Below, one piece after another: positions 53,742 through 62,399 of a stretch of DNA of 64,000 bases. A program made the position numbers and the translations under genes. The DNA is taken from the NCBI GenBank assembly GCA_934667425.1, contig CAKULV010000002.1, positions 6,278-70,277 on the forward strand, read 5' to 3'. The DNA is from an uncultured Kiritimatiellota bacterium. GTDB lineage: Bacteria > Verrucomicrobiota > Kiritimatiellia > RFP12 > UBA1067. Position 1 is the first letter of the stretch. Each line of letters opens with the position of its first letter. Below the pieces are notes generated by a model. The model saw nothing but the letters and a program-made list of their open reading frames with translations. It searched no databases and had not been told where the DNA came from.

Positions 53742-55274
53742 ATGAATACAATGAAGAATCTTCTTTTCGTGGCGGCTGTGGCCGCAGGGATGTGCGCAAT
53801 CGCGGCCGACCCGAATCCGTTCGCGGACTACGGCGCGGCGATGAAGCCGAACAAGGACTATCCGATGGCGGTTGAGTGGCACGCCGCCAACCGCGATGCG
53901 ATCGAGGCGGAGACCTCGGACGACAAGCTCGCCGCGTTCGCGGACAGCGCCGAGAGCGCCGCCGCCCTGCTCGCCAAGGTGAAGCCCGCGTACGCGACGG
54001 ATCCGATGGTGGCGGCGCAGGTCGCCGCCGTGAGCCAGTACGTGATGCGGGCCGATCCGTCTTGGTGGCAGTTCTGGTCGTGGTTCTCCGACACGCCACG
54101 CGAGGTTTGGACTGCCGCGCTGCTCGATGCCGCCGCTAAGGGCGGCGACCAGTACCGCACGATGTTCTTCCTCGACCAGCTGCGCTGGTGCGGATTTTCC
54201 GAGCAGGCGGCCGCCGTCCGCAAGATCGGGAAGGATTCGAAGGACAAGGCCGTAAGGCAGATGTCCGGCATCGTGGCGACGGAGCTGTGTCCGGCATCGG
54301 CCTGCAAGCCTTGCGCCAAGGGACGCTGCTGCCCGTACGGAAGCTGGGCGCTCACGCTGCCGTTCGACACGATGAACGCCGGGCACCTGATCCTGTCGAA
54401 GGGCAAGGATGGCAAGCCGCAGGCGAAGCTTCTGTGGCGCTGGGGAAGCCCGTTCACGGTCGCCGGGGACGACCTGAAGATCGGCAAGGGATGCGTGACG
54501 CTTACGTTCGGCAACCACAAGCCGAAGGACCTGCCGCAGGACAAGAGCGCATGGAGGCGCGACCGCGTGGTGCTGAAGATCCGTGGCGACTGGGCCGCGT
54601 GTACGCTCCAGAAGGTGGACGGCAACGGCAAGCCCGCGGGCGACGCCGAGACGTTCTCGGCGAGGCGCAATCCCCCGATCGTAGGGCCTGCTCCAGACCT
54701 CAAGACCGCAGTGCGCGGCAAGCCGATCGACATCCTTGCCGGGACCATCGCCGACTTCGAGCTGATGGAGGCTACGAAGGTCAACGGCTGGACGCTTAAG
54801 GACGGAGTCCTCTCCAACCGCATACAGCGCGACGCGAACGGCAAGTCGCTCCACAAGAACGGCAACCTTCGGACGAAGCGCGCCGACTTCTACGACTTCA
54901 ACCTCAAGTACGATGTGCGCGTACTGCCGAACTGCAACTCCGGCGTGTACCTGCGCGGCATCTACGAGATACAGGTGCTCGACAGCTACGGCAAGCCTGT
55001 GGACTGCCACAACATGGCAGCGTACTACGGGCGTGTGACGCCTCGCGTGGCGGCGGAGAAGAAGGCAGGGGAGTGGCAGACCGTTGACGTCACGCTCTAC
55101 AAGCGCCACCTTACGGTTGTGCTGAACGGGGTGACAATCATCGACAACGTTCCGGTTGTGGGGATCACGGGCGGCGCCATGACGGCGAACGAGTTCGTGT
55201 CCGGCCCGCTCTACATCCAGGGCGACCATTCCGACGCCGACTTCAGGAACATGATACTCACGCCGCTCAAGTGA
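53742..55274 (+). CDS. secreted protein with C-terminal DUF1080 (3-keto-disaccharide hydrolase-like) domain
   Basis: A signal peptide, then WTLKDGVL...DFNLKYDVRV..NSGVYLRGIYEIQVLD...GEWQTVDV...LNGV...GPLYIQGDH, which matches the DUF1080 pattern. The N-terminal ~280 aa are unassigned. Confidence 0.75.
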   Translation: MNTMKNLLFVAAVAAGMCAIAADPNPFADYGAAMKPNKDYPMAVEWHAANRDAIEAETSDDKLAAFADSAESAAALLAKVKPAYATDPMVAAQVAAVSQYVMRADPSWWQFWSWFSDTPREVWTAALLDAAAKGGDQYRTMFFLDQLRWCGFSEQAAAVRKIGKDSKDKAVRQMSGIVATELCPASACKPCAKGRCCPYGSWALTLPFDTMNAGHLILSKGKDGKPQAKLLWRWGSPFTVAGDDLKIGKGCVTLTFGNHKPKDLPQDKSAWRRDRVVLKIRGDWAACTLQKVDGNGKPAGDAETFSARRNPPIVGPAPDLKTAVRGKPIDILAGTIADFELMEATKVNGWTLKDGVLSNRIQRDANGKSLHKNGNLRTKRADFYDFNLKYDVRVLPNCNSGVYLRGIYEIQVLDSYGKPVDCHNMAAYYGRVTPRVAAEKKAGEWQTVDVTLYKRHLTVVLNGVTIIDNVPVVGITGGAMTANEFVSGPLYIQGDHSDADFRNMILTPLK

Positions 55275-55338
55275 CGGCGGCGTGGGATGCTACGGCACAG
55301 GAAACCTATTGCAAGGCATATGGGAAAGGGGAGGTAAA

Positions 55339-55415
55339 TGGTCGGAGCGACGAGATTTGAACTCGTGACCTTTTGCACCCCAAGCAAACGCGCTACCAGA
55401 CTGCGCTACGCCCCG
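55339..55415 (-). tRNA. tRNA-Pro (anticodon GGG), CCA encoded
   Basis: The reverse complement folds by hand into a cloverleaf: acceptor CGGGGCG/CGCTCCG (one G-U pair), D stem GCGC/GCGC, anticodon stem TTTGC/GCAAA with loop TTGGGGT, T stem ACGAG/CTCGT with loop TTCAAAT, then ACCA. Length is 77 nt. Confidence 0.85.
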
Positions 55416-55438
55416 ACGGTTGGTCAAAAACGGCGCGA

Positions 55439-55447
55439 ATTATATCA
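55439..55447 (-). promoter_or_regulatory. extended -10 TGaTATAAT upstream of tRNA-Pro
   Basis: The minus strand reads TTTTGATATAAT, followed 23 nt later by the tRNA 5' end. Confidence 0.5.
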
Positions 55448-55510
55448 AAACGGCCCCGCTGGCGCAAGGGGCTTTGGACTTTTAGGCAAAACAACAGGAG
55501 AATCACGGAA

Positions 55511-56749
55511 ATGAGTTACCAGGAAGCGAAAAAGAAATACGCCGTACTCGGTGTCGATACCGAAAAGGCGATAAGCGCACTTCAGAAGGTTTCGATATCC
55601 ATGCACTGCTGGCAGGGCGACGATGTGGGCGGGTTCGAGAATGCCGGCTCGCTCACGGGCGGCATCCAGACCACGGGCAACTATCCGGGCAAGGCCCGCA
55701 CACCGGAAGAGCTGATGGCCGACATCGACGAGGCCCTTTCGCTCATCCCCGGCAAGCACCGCATAAACCTGCACGCCTGCTACGCGATATTCGAGGACGG
55801 CAAGAAGGTGGAGCGCAACAAGCTCGAACCGAAGCATTTCAGGAAGTGGGTGGAGTTCGCGAAGAAGCGCGGCCTCGGCCTCGACTTCAACCCCACGTTC
55901 TTCTCTCACCCGCTCGCAGACGGGCTTACCCTCGCGAGCGAGGATCCGAGGGTGCGCAAGTTCTGGATCGAGCACGGCATCGCCTGCCTCAAGATCGCGG
56001 AGTACTTCGGCAAGGAGCTCGGCACCCCGTGCGCCGTGAACTTCTGGGTCCCTGACGGCTTCAAGGACGAGCCTTCGGACCGCTTCGGGCCACGCAAGCG
56101 TCTCAAGGAGTCGTACGACAAGATCTTCAAGTACAAGTACAACAGGAAGTACTGCATCCCGACGATCGAGTCCAAGCTCTTTGGAATCGGCGTTGAGAGC
56201 TGCACTCCCGGCTCGCACGAGTTCTACATGTGCTACGCGATGAAGAACAACATCCTGTGCCTTCTCGATACCGGACACTTCCACATCTCGGAAAACGTCG
56301 CGGACAAGATCAGCACGCTGCTGCTCTTCTCCGGCAAGGTGGCGTTCCACGTGTCGCGTCCGGTCCGCTGGGATTCCGACCACGTGATCCGCCTTGACGA
56401 TGCGGTGACCGCCTGCGCTCACGAGATAGTCCGCAACGGCGTGGAGAACTTCATCATCGCGCTCGACTACTTCGACGCCTCCATCAACCGGATCGCGGCA
56501 TGGGTGCTCGGGATGCGCAACATGCAGAAGGCTCTCCTCCAGGCGATGCTCGAGCCGCAGGAGACCCTCAAGGCGCTCCAGGACGCCCGCCAGTACACCG
56601 AACAGCTTGTCCTCCAGGAAGAGCTCAAGTGCTACCCGTGGCAGGAGGTGTGGAAGGAGTTCTGCGCGAGGGCGAAGCTCCCGGCGGACGAATGCTGGAT
56701 GGCGGAAGTGCTCAAGTACGAGCGCGACGTGCTTTCCAAGCGCCAGTAG
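55511..56749 (+). CDS. rhaA: L-rhamnose isomerase
   Basis: [37 protein letters not shown] closely parallels the E. coli RhaA N-terminus (...[16 protein letters not shown]). Confidence 0.9.
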   Translation: MSYQEAKKKYAVLGVDTEKAISALQKVSISMHCWQGDDVGGFENAGSLTGGIQTTGNYPGKARTPEELMADIDEALSLIPGKHRINLHACYAIFEDGKKVERNKLEPKHFRKWVEFAKKRGLGLDFNPTFFSHPLADGLTLASEDPRVRKFWIEHGIACLKIAEYFGKELGTPCAVNFWVPDGFKDEPSDRFGPRKRLKESYDKIFKYKYNRKYCIPTIESKLFGIGVESCTPGSHEFYMCYAMKNNILCLLDTGHFHISENVADKISTLLLFSGKVAFHVSRPVRWDSDHVIRLDDAVTACAHEIVRNGVENFIIALDYFDASINRIAAWVLGMRNMQKALLQAMLEPQETLKALQDARQYTEQLVLQEELKCYPWQEVWKEFCARAKLPADECWMAEVLKYERDVLSKRQ

Positions 56750-56835
56750 GAGGCAATAAAATAACCAGTTGCGTTTTAAGAAGCAAAATGAGATAATCCA
56801 AACCAATCGAACCAAAAGAATCAGGAGATATTTAC

Positions 56836-57582
56836 ATGAAAAAGAAAAACGAAGGATTTACGCTCGTCGAGCTGCTCGTCGTAATCGGCATTCTCGGCAT
56901 TCTCATGGGTGCGCTGTTCCCAGCGATCTCGTCCGCGATGATCAAGGCCAACCTTTCGGCCTGCGGCATGCGCGGCCGGAACCTGTTCGTGGCCATCACG
57001 GCGGCGAACACGGAGCGCGAGGCGCTTGGCCTCGGCAACGTGTGGCCCAAGACGCAGGCAGAGGAGGGCGCCGATACGACCACCGATCCGCTTTCGGGTG
57101 CGGTTTCCTCAGGCGCGGACTACTTCACCTATCTTTTTGACATGGCGAAGATCACGGATTCCACGCAGTGGAAGCCGTATGTCAGCGGCGTCGATCTCTC
57201 GGTGCTGAACGGTGCCGGCGTGCCCGCCATCCCGAATGGCGCCACGAGGATTGACGGCAAGAACCTGCTCTGGTGCGTCGCGGCAAACGTGACCGATGAG
57301 ATCTCCGACGTGTATCCCGTACTCTTCTCCCGCAACATCCCCGTCAGCGCGATGAAGACCTACGAGAAGACCTATGATGGCGGATCCACCGAAGTCAAGA
57401 TCGGCAAGAGCAACGGAGCCAAGTACGATACGCCGTTCTCCAACAAGGCTTTCGTGCTGATCCGCAAGGGTGGAGCTGTCATCACGCAGACGGCCAAGTA
57501 TGCGCTCACGTCCGTGATGTTCAACAAGCAGCCGTACACGATCGATGCCGACCCTGCCCCGCAGTTCCTCGACGTCGAATGA
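56836..57582 (+). CDS. prepilin-type N-terminal cleavage/methylation domain protein (pseudopilin-like)
   Basis: MKKKNEGFTLVELLVVIGILGILMGALFPA is a class III signal with G/F cleavage and E at +5. Confidence 0.8.
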   Translation: MKKKNEGFTLVELLVVIGILGILMGALFPAISSAMIKANLSACGMRGRNLFVAITAANTEREALGLGNVWPKTQAEEGADTTTDPLSGAVSSGADYFTYLFDMAKITDSTQWKPYVSGVDLSVLNGAGVPAIPNGATRIDGKNLLWCVAANVTDEISDVYPVLFSRNIPVSAMKTYEKTYDGGSTEVKIGKSNGAKYDTPFSNKAFVLIRKGGAVITQTAKYALTSVMFNKQPYTIDADPAPQFLDVE

Positions 57583-57586
57583 TGGT

Positions 57587-59794
57587 GTGTACGTAAAGGT
57601 CGCCATAGACCTTGCCCTCGACCGGCTCTTCACCTACGAAGTGCCGGTCGAATTGTCTGGTAGGATCAGGGTGGGGCAGATGCTGCGCGTGCCGTTCGGG
57701 CATCGCGAGGCGAGGGGCTTCGCCCTATCCACCGAAAGTGGCGACGGCGCCTCGCCGTCGTACAGGATCAAGCCGATCCTTGGCATTGCGGACGAGGCTC
57801 CGTTCTTCTCGCCACAGATGCTGCGGCTCGTAAGGTGGATATCCTCGTACACCTGCTCGCCAATCGAGATGTGCCTCAGGGCTGCGGTGCCGGCCGCAGT
57901 GCTGAAGCCGAACGCGAAGCCGAAGGAGCGCCTGTTCGTCGAGCCGGTAGCCGGTGCGCCTGATGCCGGGCTCACGGCCTATCAGCGCGAACTTCTCGGC
58001 AACATCGCGCGGGTGGGCGGCGGATGGATGCAGCAGCTCTGCCGCGAGTTCACGACGACGCCCGCGACCCTGCGCACGCTTGCATCGAAGGGCGTGGTGT
58101 GCATCGCGCCGCATGCGCAGCGGCGCGACCCTCTTGCGGGCCGCACGGTCCTCGCGTCCAGGCCGCTCGCGCTGAACGACATGCAGCGCAAGGCGCTGGA
58201 GGCGATAACCGGCGACGGTGCGCAGTCGGAGGGCGTGGATGGAAAGCCGCCGCGTCCGGTGCTGCTCCATGGCGTTACGGGGTCCGGCAAGACGGAGGTC
58301 TACCTCCAGGCCATCGCGCACGAGCTGGCGGCGGGGCGAGGCGCGATTGTGCTTGTGCCGGAGATATCGCTCACGCCGCAGACTGTGCGGCGGTTCGCCG
58401 GACGCTTCGGCGGCAAGGTGGCGGTTCTGCATTCGGCGCTTTCAGACGGCGAGCGGTACGACGAGTGGCATCGCATCCGCACGGGCGAGGCCCGCGTCGT
58501 AGTCGGGCCGCGCAGCGCGGTGTTCGCGCCAGTATGCAACCTGGGGCTGATAGTCGTGGACGAGGAACACGACATGAGCTACAAGCAGGACGAGACGCCC
58601 CGGTACAATGCGCGGGATGTCGCCGTGATGAGGGGTTCGCTCGAAGGCTGCCGGGTCGTGCTCGGGTCCGCAACCCCGTCGCTCGAGACGTGGCTGAACG
58701 CAAAGAGGGGAAAGTACGCTCTGGCGTCGATGGCCTCCCGCGTCGCCGGGCATCCCATGCCGACGGTGCATCTCCTCAATCTTGCGGAGGAGTGCGAGGC
58801 GTACGCATCCGCGCCGATCTTCTCGAAGTTCCTGCTGGACGCGATTGCCGAGCGCGTCCGCCGCGGCGAGCAGACGATCCTCTTCCTGAACAGGCGCGGA
58901 TATTCCCGCGTGTGCGAATGCAGGGGATGCGGATACGTGGCCACCTGTCCGAACTGCAGCGTGGCATACACGTACCATTCCGTGGACAGCTGCCTGCGCT
59001 GCCACATATGCGGGGCGTGGACGCCGCCGCCGATTACGTGCCCGGACTGCGGCGGACACGATTTCTCCTACGCTGGCGTAGGCACGCAGCGGGCCGAGCA
59101 GGCCTTGCGCAAGTGCTTTCCCCATGCCCGCATACTCCGCATGGACGCCGATTCTACGTCCAGGAAGAATTCGCACGACGACATCCTCTCTAAGTTCCGG
59201 GCGCGTGAGGCCGATGTGCTCATCGGAACCCAGATGATCGCGAAGGGGCTGGATTTCCCGAACGTAACGCTGGTAGGCGTGCTGAACGCCGATGCGTCGC
59301 TCAACATGCCGGACTTCCGGGCGGCGGAGCGGACTTTCCAGCTCATTGCGCAGGTTTCGGGAAGGGCGGGGCGGGCCGAGAAGCCGGGCGAGGTGTTCAT
59401 CCAGACGTTCCATCCGGACGAGTTCGTGATCCGTGCCGCCGCAGACGCGGACTTCATCAGGTTCGCCGACGCCGAGCTCAGGGATCGCGAGGCGGCGGGA
59501 TTTCCCCCGTACATGAAGTTCTCAACGGCAATGTTCCGCGCCAGGGACTGCGCATCGGCGCAGCGCTGGGCGGAGCTGTACTCGAAGTCACTCGCGAAAT
59601 GCCCCGGGCTGATCGTGACCGAGGCCGTTCCGCCCGCCATCGAGCGGGCGGACGGCTGGTACAGGTTCATGGTGCAGATACGGTCTGCCACCTCGAACGC
59701 CATATCCTCGGCCTGGCGCTGGATATCGAAGGCGCGTCCGGCGCCGAAGGACATGCGCGTCGCCATCGACATCGACGCCCTTGACGTGATGTAG
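57587..59794 (+). CDS. priA: primosomal protein N' (replication restart helicase PriA)
   Basis: VKVAIDLALDRLFTYEVP at the N-terminus, GVTGSGKTEVY, DEEHD, and a Cys-rich zinc insertion (CRGCGYVATCPNCSVAYTYH...CHICG...CPDCGG). The GTG at 57587 is preferred. The ATG at 57545 is the alternative. Confidence 0.85.
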   Translation: MYVKVAIDLALDRLFTYEVPVELSGRIRVGQMLRVPFGHREARGFALSTESGDGASPSYRIKPILGIADEAPFFSPQMLRLVRWISSYTCSPIEMCLRAAVPAAVLKPNAKPKERLFVEPVAGAPDAGLTAYQRELLGNIARVGGGWMQQLCREFTTTPATLRTLASKGVVCIAPHAQRRDPLAGRTVLASRPLALNDMQRKALEAITGDGAQSEGVDGKPPRPVLLHGVTGSGKTEVYLQAIAHELAAGRGAIVLVPEISLTPQTVRRFAGRFGGKVAVLHSALSDGERYDEWHRIRTGEARVVVGPRSAVFAPVCNLGLIVVDEEHDMSYKQDETPRYNARDVAVMRGSLEGCRVVLGSATPSLETWLNAKRGKYALASMASRVAGHPMPTVHLLNLAEECEAYASAPIFSKFLLDAIAERVRRGEQTILFLNRRGYSRVCECRGCGYVATCPNCSVAYTYHSVDSCLRCHICGAWTPPPITCPDCGGHDFSYAGVGTQRAEQALRKCFPHARILRMDADSTSRKNSHDDILSKFRAREADVLIGTQMIAKGLDFPNVTLVGVLNADASLNMPDFRAAERTFQLIAQVSGRAGRAEKPGEVFIQTFHPDEFVIRAAADADFIRFADAELRDREAAGFPPYMKFSTAMFRARDCASAQRWAELYSKSLAKCPGLIVTEAVPPAIERADGWYRFMVQIRSATSNAISSAWRWISKARPAPKDMRVAIDIDALDVM

Positions 59795-59815
59795 CGGATC
59801 CCCTGCGCGGGAATG

Positions 59816-59844
59816 TTGAAACTCAATTGCCGTTGTGGTACAAT
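59816..59844 (+). promoter_or_regulatory. sigma70-type promoter TTGAAA-17-TACAAT (TGg extension) for the NagB-like/DegT pair
   Basis: -35 at 59816-59821 and -10 at 59839-59844. Confidence 0.55.
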
Positions 59845-59898
59845 TGCGCATACAAACACGGAAGGTTCCTCTTCCACTAAAAAGAAAGGGATAGTTGA

Positions 59899-60843
59899 AT
59901 GGACTTTGTGTCAACGGTGAAAGGGTCTTTGCTTGAAGGATTCTATCCGAAAGGCTGGGACATGAAGAAGATCGACAAGTGCTGCGCGAACAAGCCGTCG
60001 GAGGTGGCGAAGCGCCAGAAGTTCTGGAACAAGGACTTCGAGCCGGTGGAGTGCGCGGACGTCAAGGAGTTCGACGTGAAGATGGGCCATGAGATCGCGA
60101 ACGAGATCAAGAAGGCCGCAGAGCGCAAGGAGAAGATCGCGTTCATCCTTCCAGTGGGGCCAATGGGCATGTACAAGTGGGCGGTGTACTTCCTAAAGGA
60201 ATGGAATCAGGACTGCAAGCACGTGTGGTGCTTCAACATGGACGAGTGGGCGGACGCGAAGGGCAATACGCTTGTCGGAGACGCATCGTTCCAGTATGCG
60301 ATGGAGCAGGCGTTCTACAACCCGCTCGGCAAGCTTACGATCCCGGAAGACCACCGCAACTTCGCGACGAAGAAGAACCTGCCGACCTACCCGAAGAAGA
60401 TCGCCGCGCTGAAGAAGGAGGGCGCGAAGCTCGTGCTCGTCTACGGCATCGGCCGCATGTGCCACATAGCCTTCTGGGAGCCGATGATCGGCGAGGAGTT
60501 CAAGACCGACGCCGAGTGGCTCGAGCAGCCGTACCGCATCGCGGTGAAGCTGCATCCGCTCACGGTCGAGCAGAACGCCATAACATCGTTCAAGAGCCGC
60601 ACGACGCTCGTGCCATGCAGGGCCAACACGATGGGGCCCGGAATCATGTTCAAGGCCGACTACGCGATCGGCGGCGCAGACGGGACGCTTGGCCGCGGAA
60701 TGCAGTGGCAGGGAATGAGCTTCTGGATGACCCTTCGCTATGGGCCAGACCGCAACGTCACATCTTCGTGGATTCCGACCCTTCCGGGGCGCCTCTTCTT
60801 CCTCAAGGAGCTGGCCGGTCCGTTGGTTGCGGAAGCAAACTAA
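59899..60843 (+). CDS. glucosamine-6-phosphate deaminase/isomerase (NagB/6PGL) family protein with N-terminal extension
   Basis: [15 protein letters not shown]...[10 protein letters not shown] matches the NagB-fold motifs (l.TG.Tp...y, fn.DEy). Confidence 0.6.
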   Translation: MDFVSTVKGSLLEGFYPKGWDMKKIDKCCANKPSEVAKRQKFWNKDFEPVECADVKEFDVKMGHEIANEIKKAAERKEKIAFILPVGPMGMYKWAVYFLKEWNQDCKHVWCFNMDEWADAKGNTLVGDASFQYAMEQAFYNPLGKLTIPEDHRNFATKKNLPTYPKKIAALKKEGAKLVLVYGIGRMCHIAFWEPMIGEEFKTDAEWLEQPYRIAVKLHPLTVEQNAITSFKSRTTLVPCRANTMGPGIMFKADYAIGGADGTLGRGMQWQGMSFWMTLRYGPDRNVTSSWIPTLPGRLFFLKELAGPLVAEAN

Positions 60844-60868
60844 AGACACAAAAGGAAAGGAAATAGAA

Positions 60869-62194
60869 ATGGCAGAGAAGAAGTGCGCCAAGGCGAAGTG
60901 CGCCAAGGCGAAGTGTGCCAAGGCGGCCCCGAAGGTCGAGAAGCTGGCCATAGATGGCGGCAAGAAGGTGTGGAGCAAGGGATTCCCTGCGTGGCCCCAG
61001 TTCAACCCGAAGACCGACAAGAAGGTGCTTGACATCCTTCATTCCGGCAAGGTCAACTACTGGACCGGTCCCGTTGGAATGCAGTTCGAGGCCGCGTGGG
61101 CCAAGTGGCTCGGCGTGAAGAACGCGATCTCGGTCTCCAACGGCACGGCGGCGCTTCACGTGGCGCTCACGGCCCTTGGCATCGGCTCCGGCGACGAGGT
61201 GATCTGCACGTCCTATTCGTTCATCGCCTCTTCGTTCTGCGCACTGCAGGCAGGGGCGCTCCCGGTGTTCGTCGATACCGGCACGGATCACCTGATCGAT
61301 CCCGCAAAGATCGAGGCCGCGATCACGAAGCGCACCAAGGCGATCGTAGTCGTGCACCTCTACGGCATGGTCGCCGACATGGATCCGATCATGAAGATAG
61401 CGAAGAAGCACAACCTCTACGTGGTCGAGGACTGCGCACAGTGCTTCGGCGGCAGGTACAAGGGCAAGAAGGCGGGCACGATCGGCACCGTCGGCTGCTT
61501 CTCGTTCTGCCAGAGCAAGCACTTCACGACCGGCGGCGAAGGCGGCATGGTGTGCTGCAACGACGACAATCTCGCCTGGGAATGCCGTTCGGTGCGCGAC
61601 CACGGGTATGACGTCCGCGCAAAGCTCAACCTCCTCAAGATGGAAGGCAAGCAGCTCTACATCCACCGTCGCGTCGGCTACAACTTCCGCATGACGGAGA
61701 TCCAGAGCGCCATCGGCCTCGGCGAACTCGAGCGCTTCGACAAGTGGAACCTGCCCCAGCGCAAGAAGCTCGGCAAGGCCCTGATCAAGGGGCTCAAGGG
61801 CCATCCGCTGATCAAGCATCTCCCCGTGGACACCAAGGAGCGCGAGAACTGCTTCTGGCTCGTCCCGTTCGTGGTGGACACCTCCAAGCTGAAGTGCACG
61901 ATGAAGGAGTTCATCGCCGCAGTCCAGGCCGAGGGCGCTTGCGCATATTCGGTGCTGTGGCCGGAGATGTACAAGGAGGAGGCGTTCACGAAGCAGAAGG
62001 GCTTCGGCTCGCGCCAGTATCCGTTCAAGGATCCCGCCGCCCGCAAGATCGACTACACGAAGTTCAACTGCGAGGTCGCGCACGCGCTCGCCGACTCCAC
62101 GATCTCCTTCTGGACGCATCCCACGTACACGCTCGCCCACATCGAGGCGGACGTAAAGGCGTTCAAGAAGGTCGCGGCAGCGATGATGAAGTAG
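60869..62194 (+). CDS. DegT/DnrJ/EryC1/StrS family PLP aminotransferase with KCAKA-repeat N-terminus
   Basis: AISVSNGTAALHVAL, CTSYSFIASS and FSFCQSKHFTTGEGG (PLP lysine region). ATG at 60869 follows an AGGAAA-type RBS. Confidence 0.85.
   Translation: MAEKKCAKAKCAKAKCAKAAPKVEKLAIDGGKKVWSKGFPAWPQFNPKTDKKVLDILHSGKVNYWTGPVGMQFEAAWAKWLGVKNAISVSNGTAALHVALTALGIGSGDEVICTSYSFIASSFCALQAGALPVFVDTGTDHLIDPAKIEAAITKRTKAIVVVHLYGMVADMDPIMKIAKKHNLYVVEDCAQCFGGRYKGKKAGTIGTVGCFSFCQSKHFTTGGEGGMVCCNDDNLAWECRSVRDHGYDVRAKLNLLKMEGKQLYIHRRVGYNFRMTEIQSAIGLGELERFDKWNLPQRKKLGKALIKGLKGHPLIKHLPVDTKERENCFWLVPFVVDTSKLKCTMKEFIAAVQAEGACAYSVLWPEMYKEEAFTKQKGFGSRQYPFKDPAARKIDYTKFNCEVAHALADSTISFWTHPTYTLAHIEADVKAFKKVAAAMMK
60881..60925 (+). 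repeat. in-frame 15-bp tandem repeat x3 (AAGTGCGCCAAGGCG), encoding (KCAKA)3
   Basis: Units are 60881-60895, 60896-60910 and 60911-60925. The third unit has one C>T change. Confidence 0.9.
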
Positions 62195-62217
62195 TAGCCG
62201 CGATCGGTGGTTCGAGC

Positions 62218-62247
62218 GAGACGGGCGGCCTTCGGGCCGCCCGTCTC
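62218..62247 (+). terminator. stem-loop GAGACGGGCGGCC-TTCG-GGCCGCCCGTCTC after the DegT-type gene
   Basis: A perfect 13-bp GC-rich stem with a TTCG tetraloop, 24 nt after the stop. The trailing T-tract is weak (CTTAAAT). Confidence 0.5.
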
Positions 62248-62399
62248 CTTAAATCAAGCATGAGAGGCCGTTGCAAAACCGGACGCGACAAGGCGCGTCC
62301 CTCCCGTATCTTCGCCGAACTGTCAAGATTCGCCATTCTTCGGGAGGGACGGGCTTGTCCCGTCCGCAATCGCTAAGGCTTGCAACTATCTGATACGAA

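Noticed and set aside
52389-55229. 946-aa ORF on the minus strand spanning the Gfo/Idh/MocA and DUF1080 genes
   Set aside because: Its composition is Arg/His/Ala/Val/Leu-rich with no recognisable motif. It lies exactly antisense to two genes with strong family signatures, signal peptides and RBSs. This is a typical high-GC shadow ORF.
55445-56815. 456-aa minus-strand ORF opposite rhaA, and similar antisense ORFs at 60803..62140, 58442..59413, 49731..50972, 21071..22543, 5885..7039 and 1093..2280
   Set aside because: Each lies antisense to a gene with a clear family signature. None contains a recognisable motif, and all have the Arg/His/Leu/Val-rich composition typical of antisense frames in GC-rich DNA.
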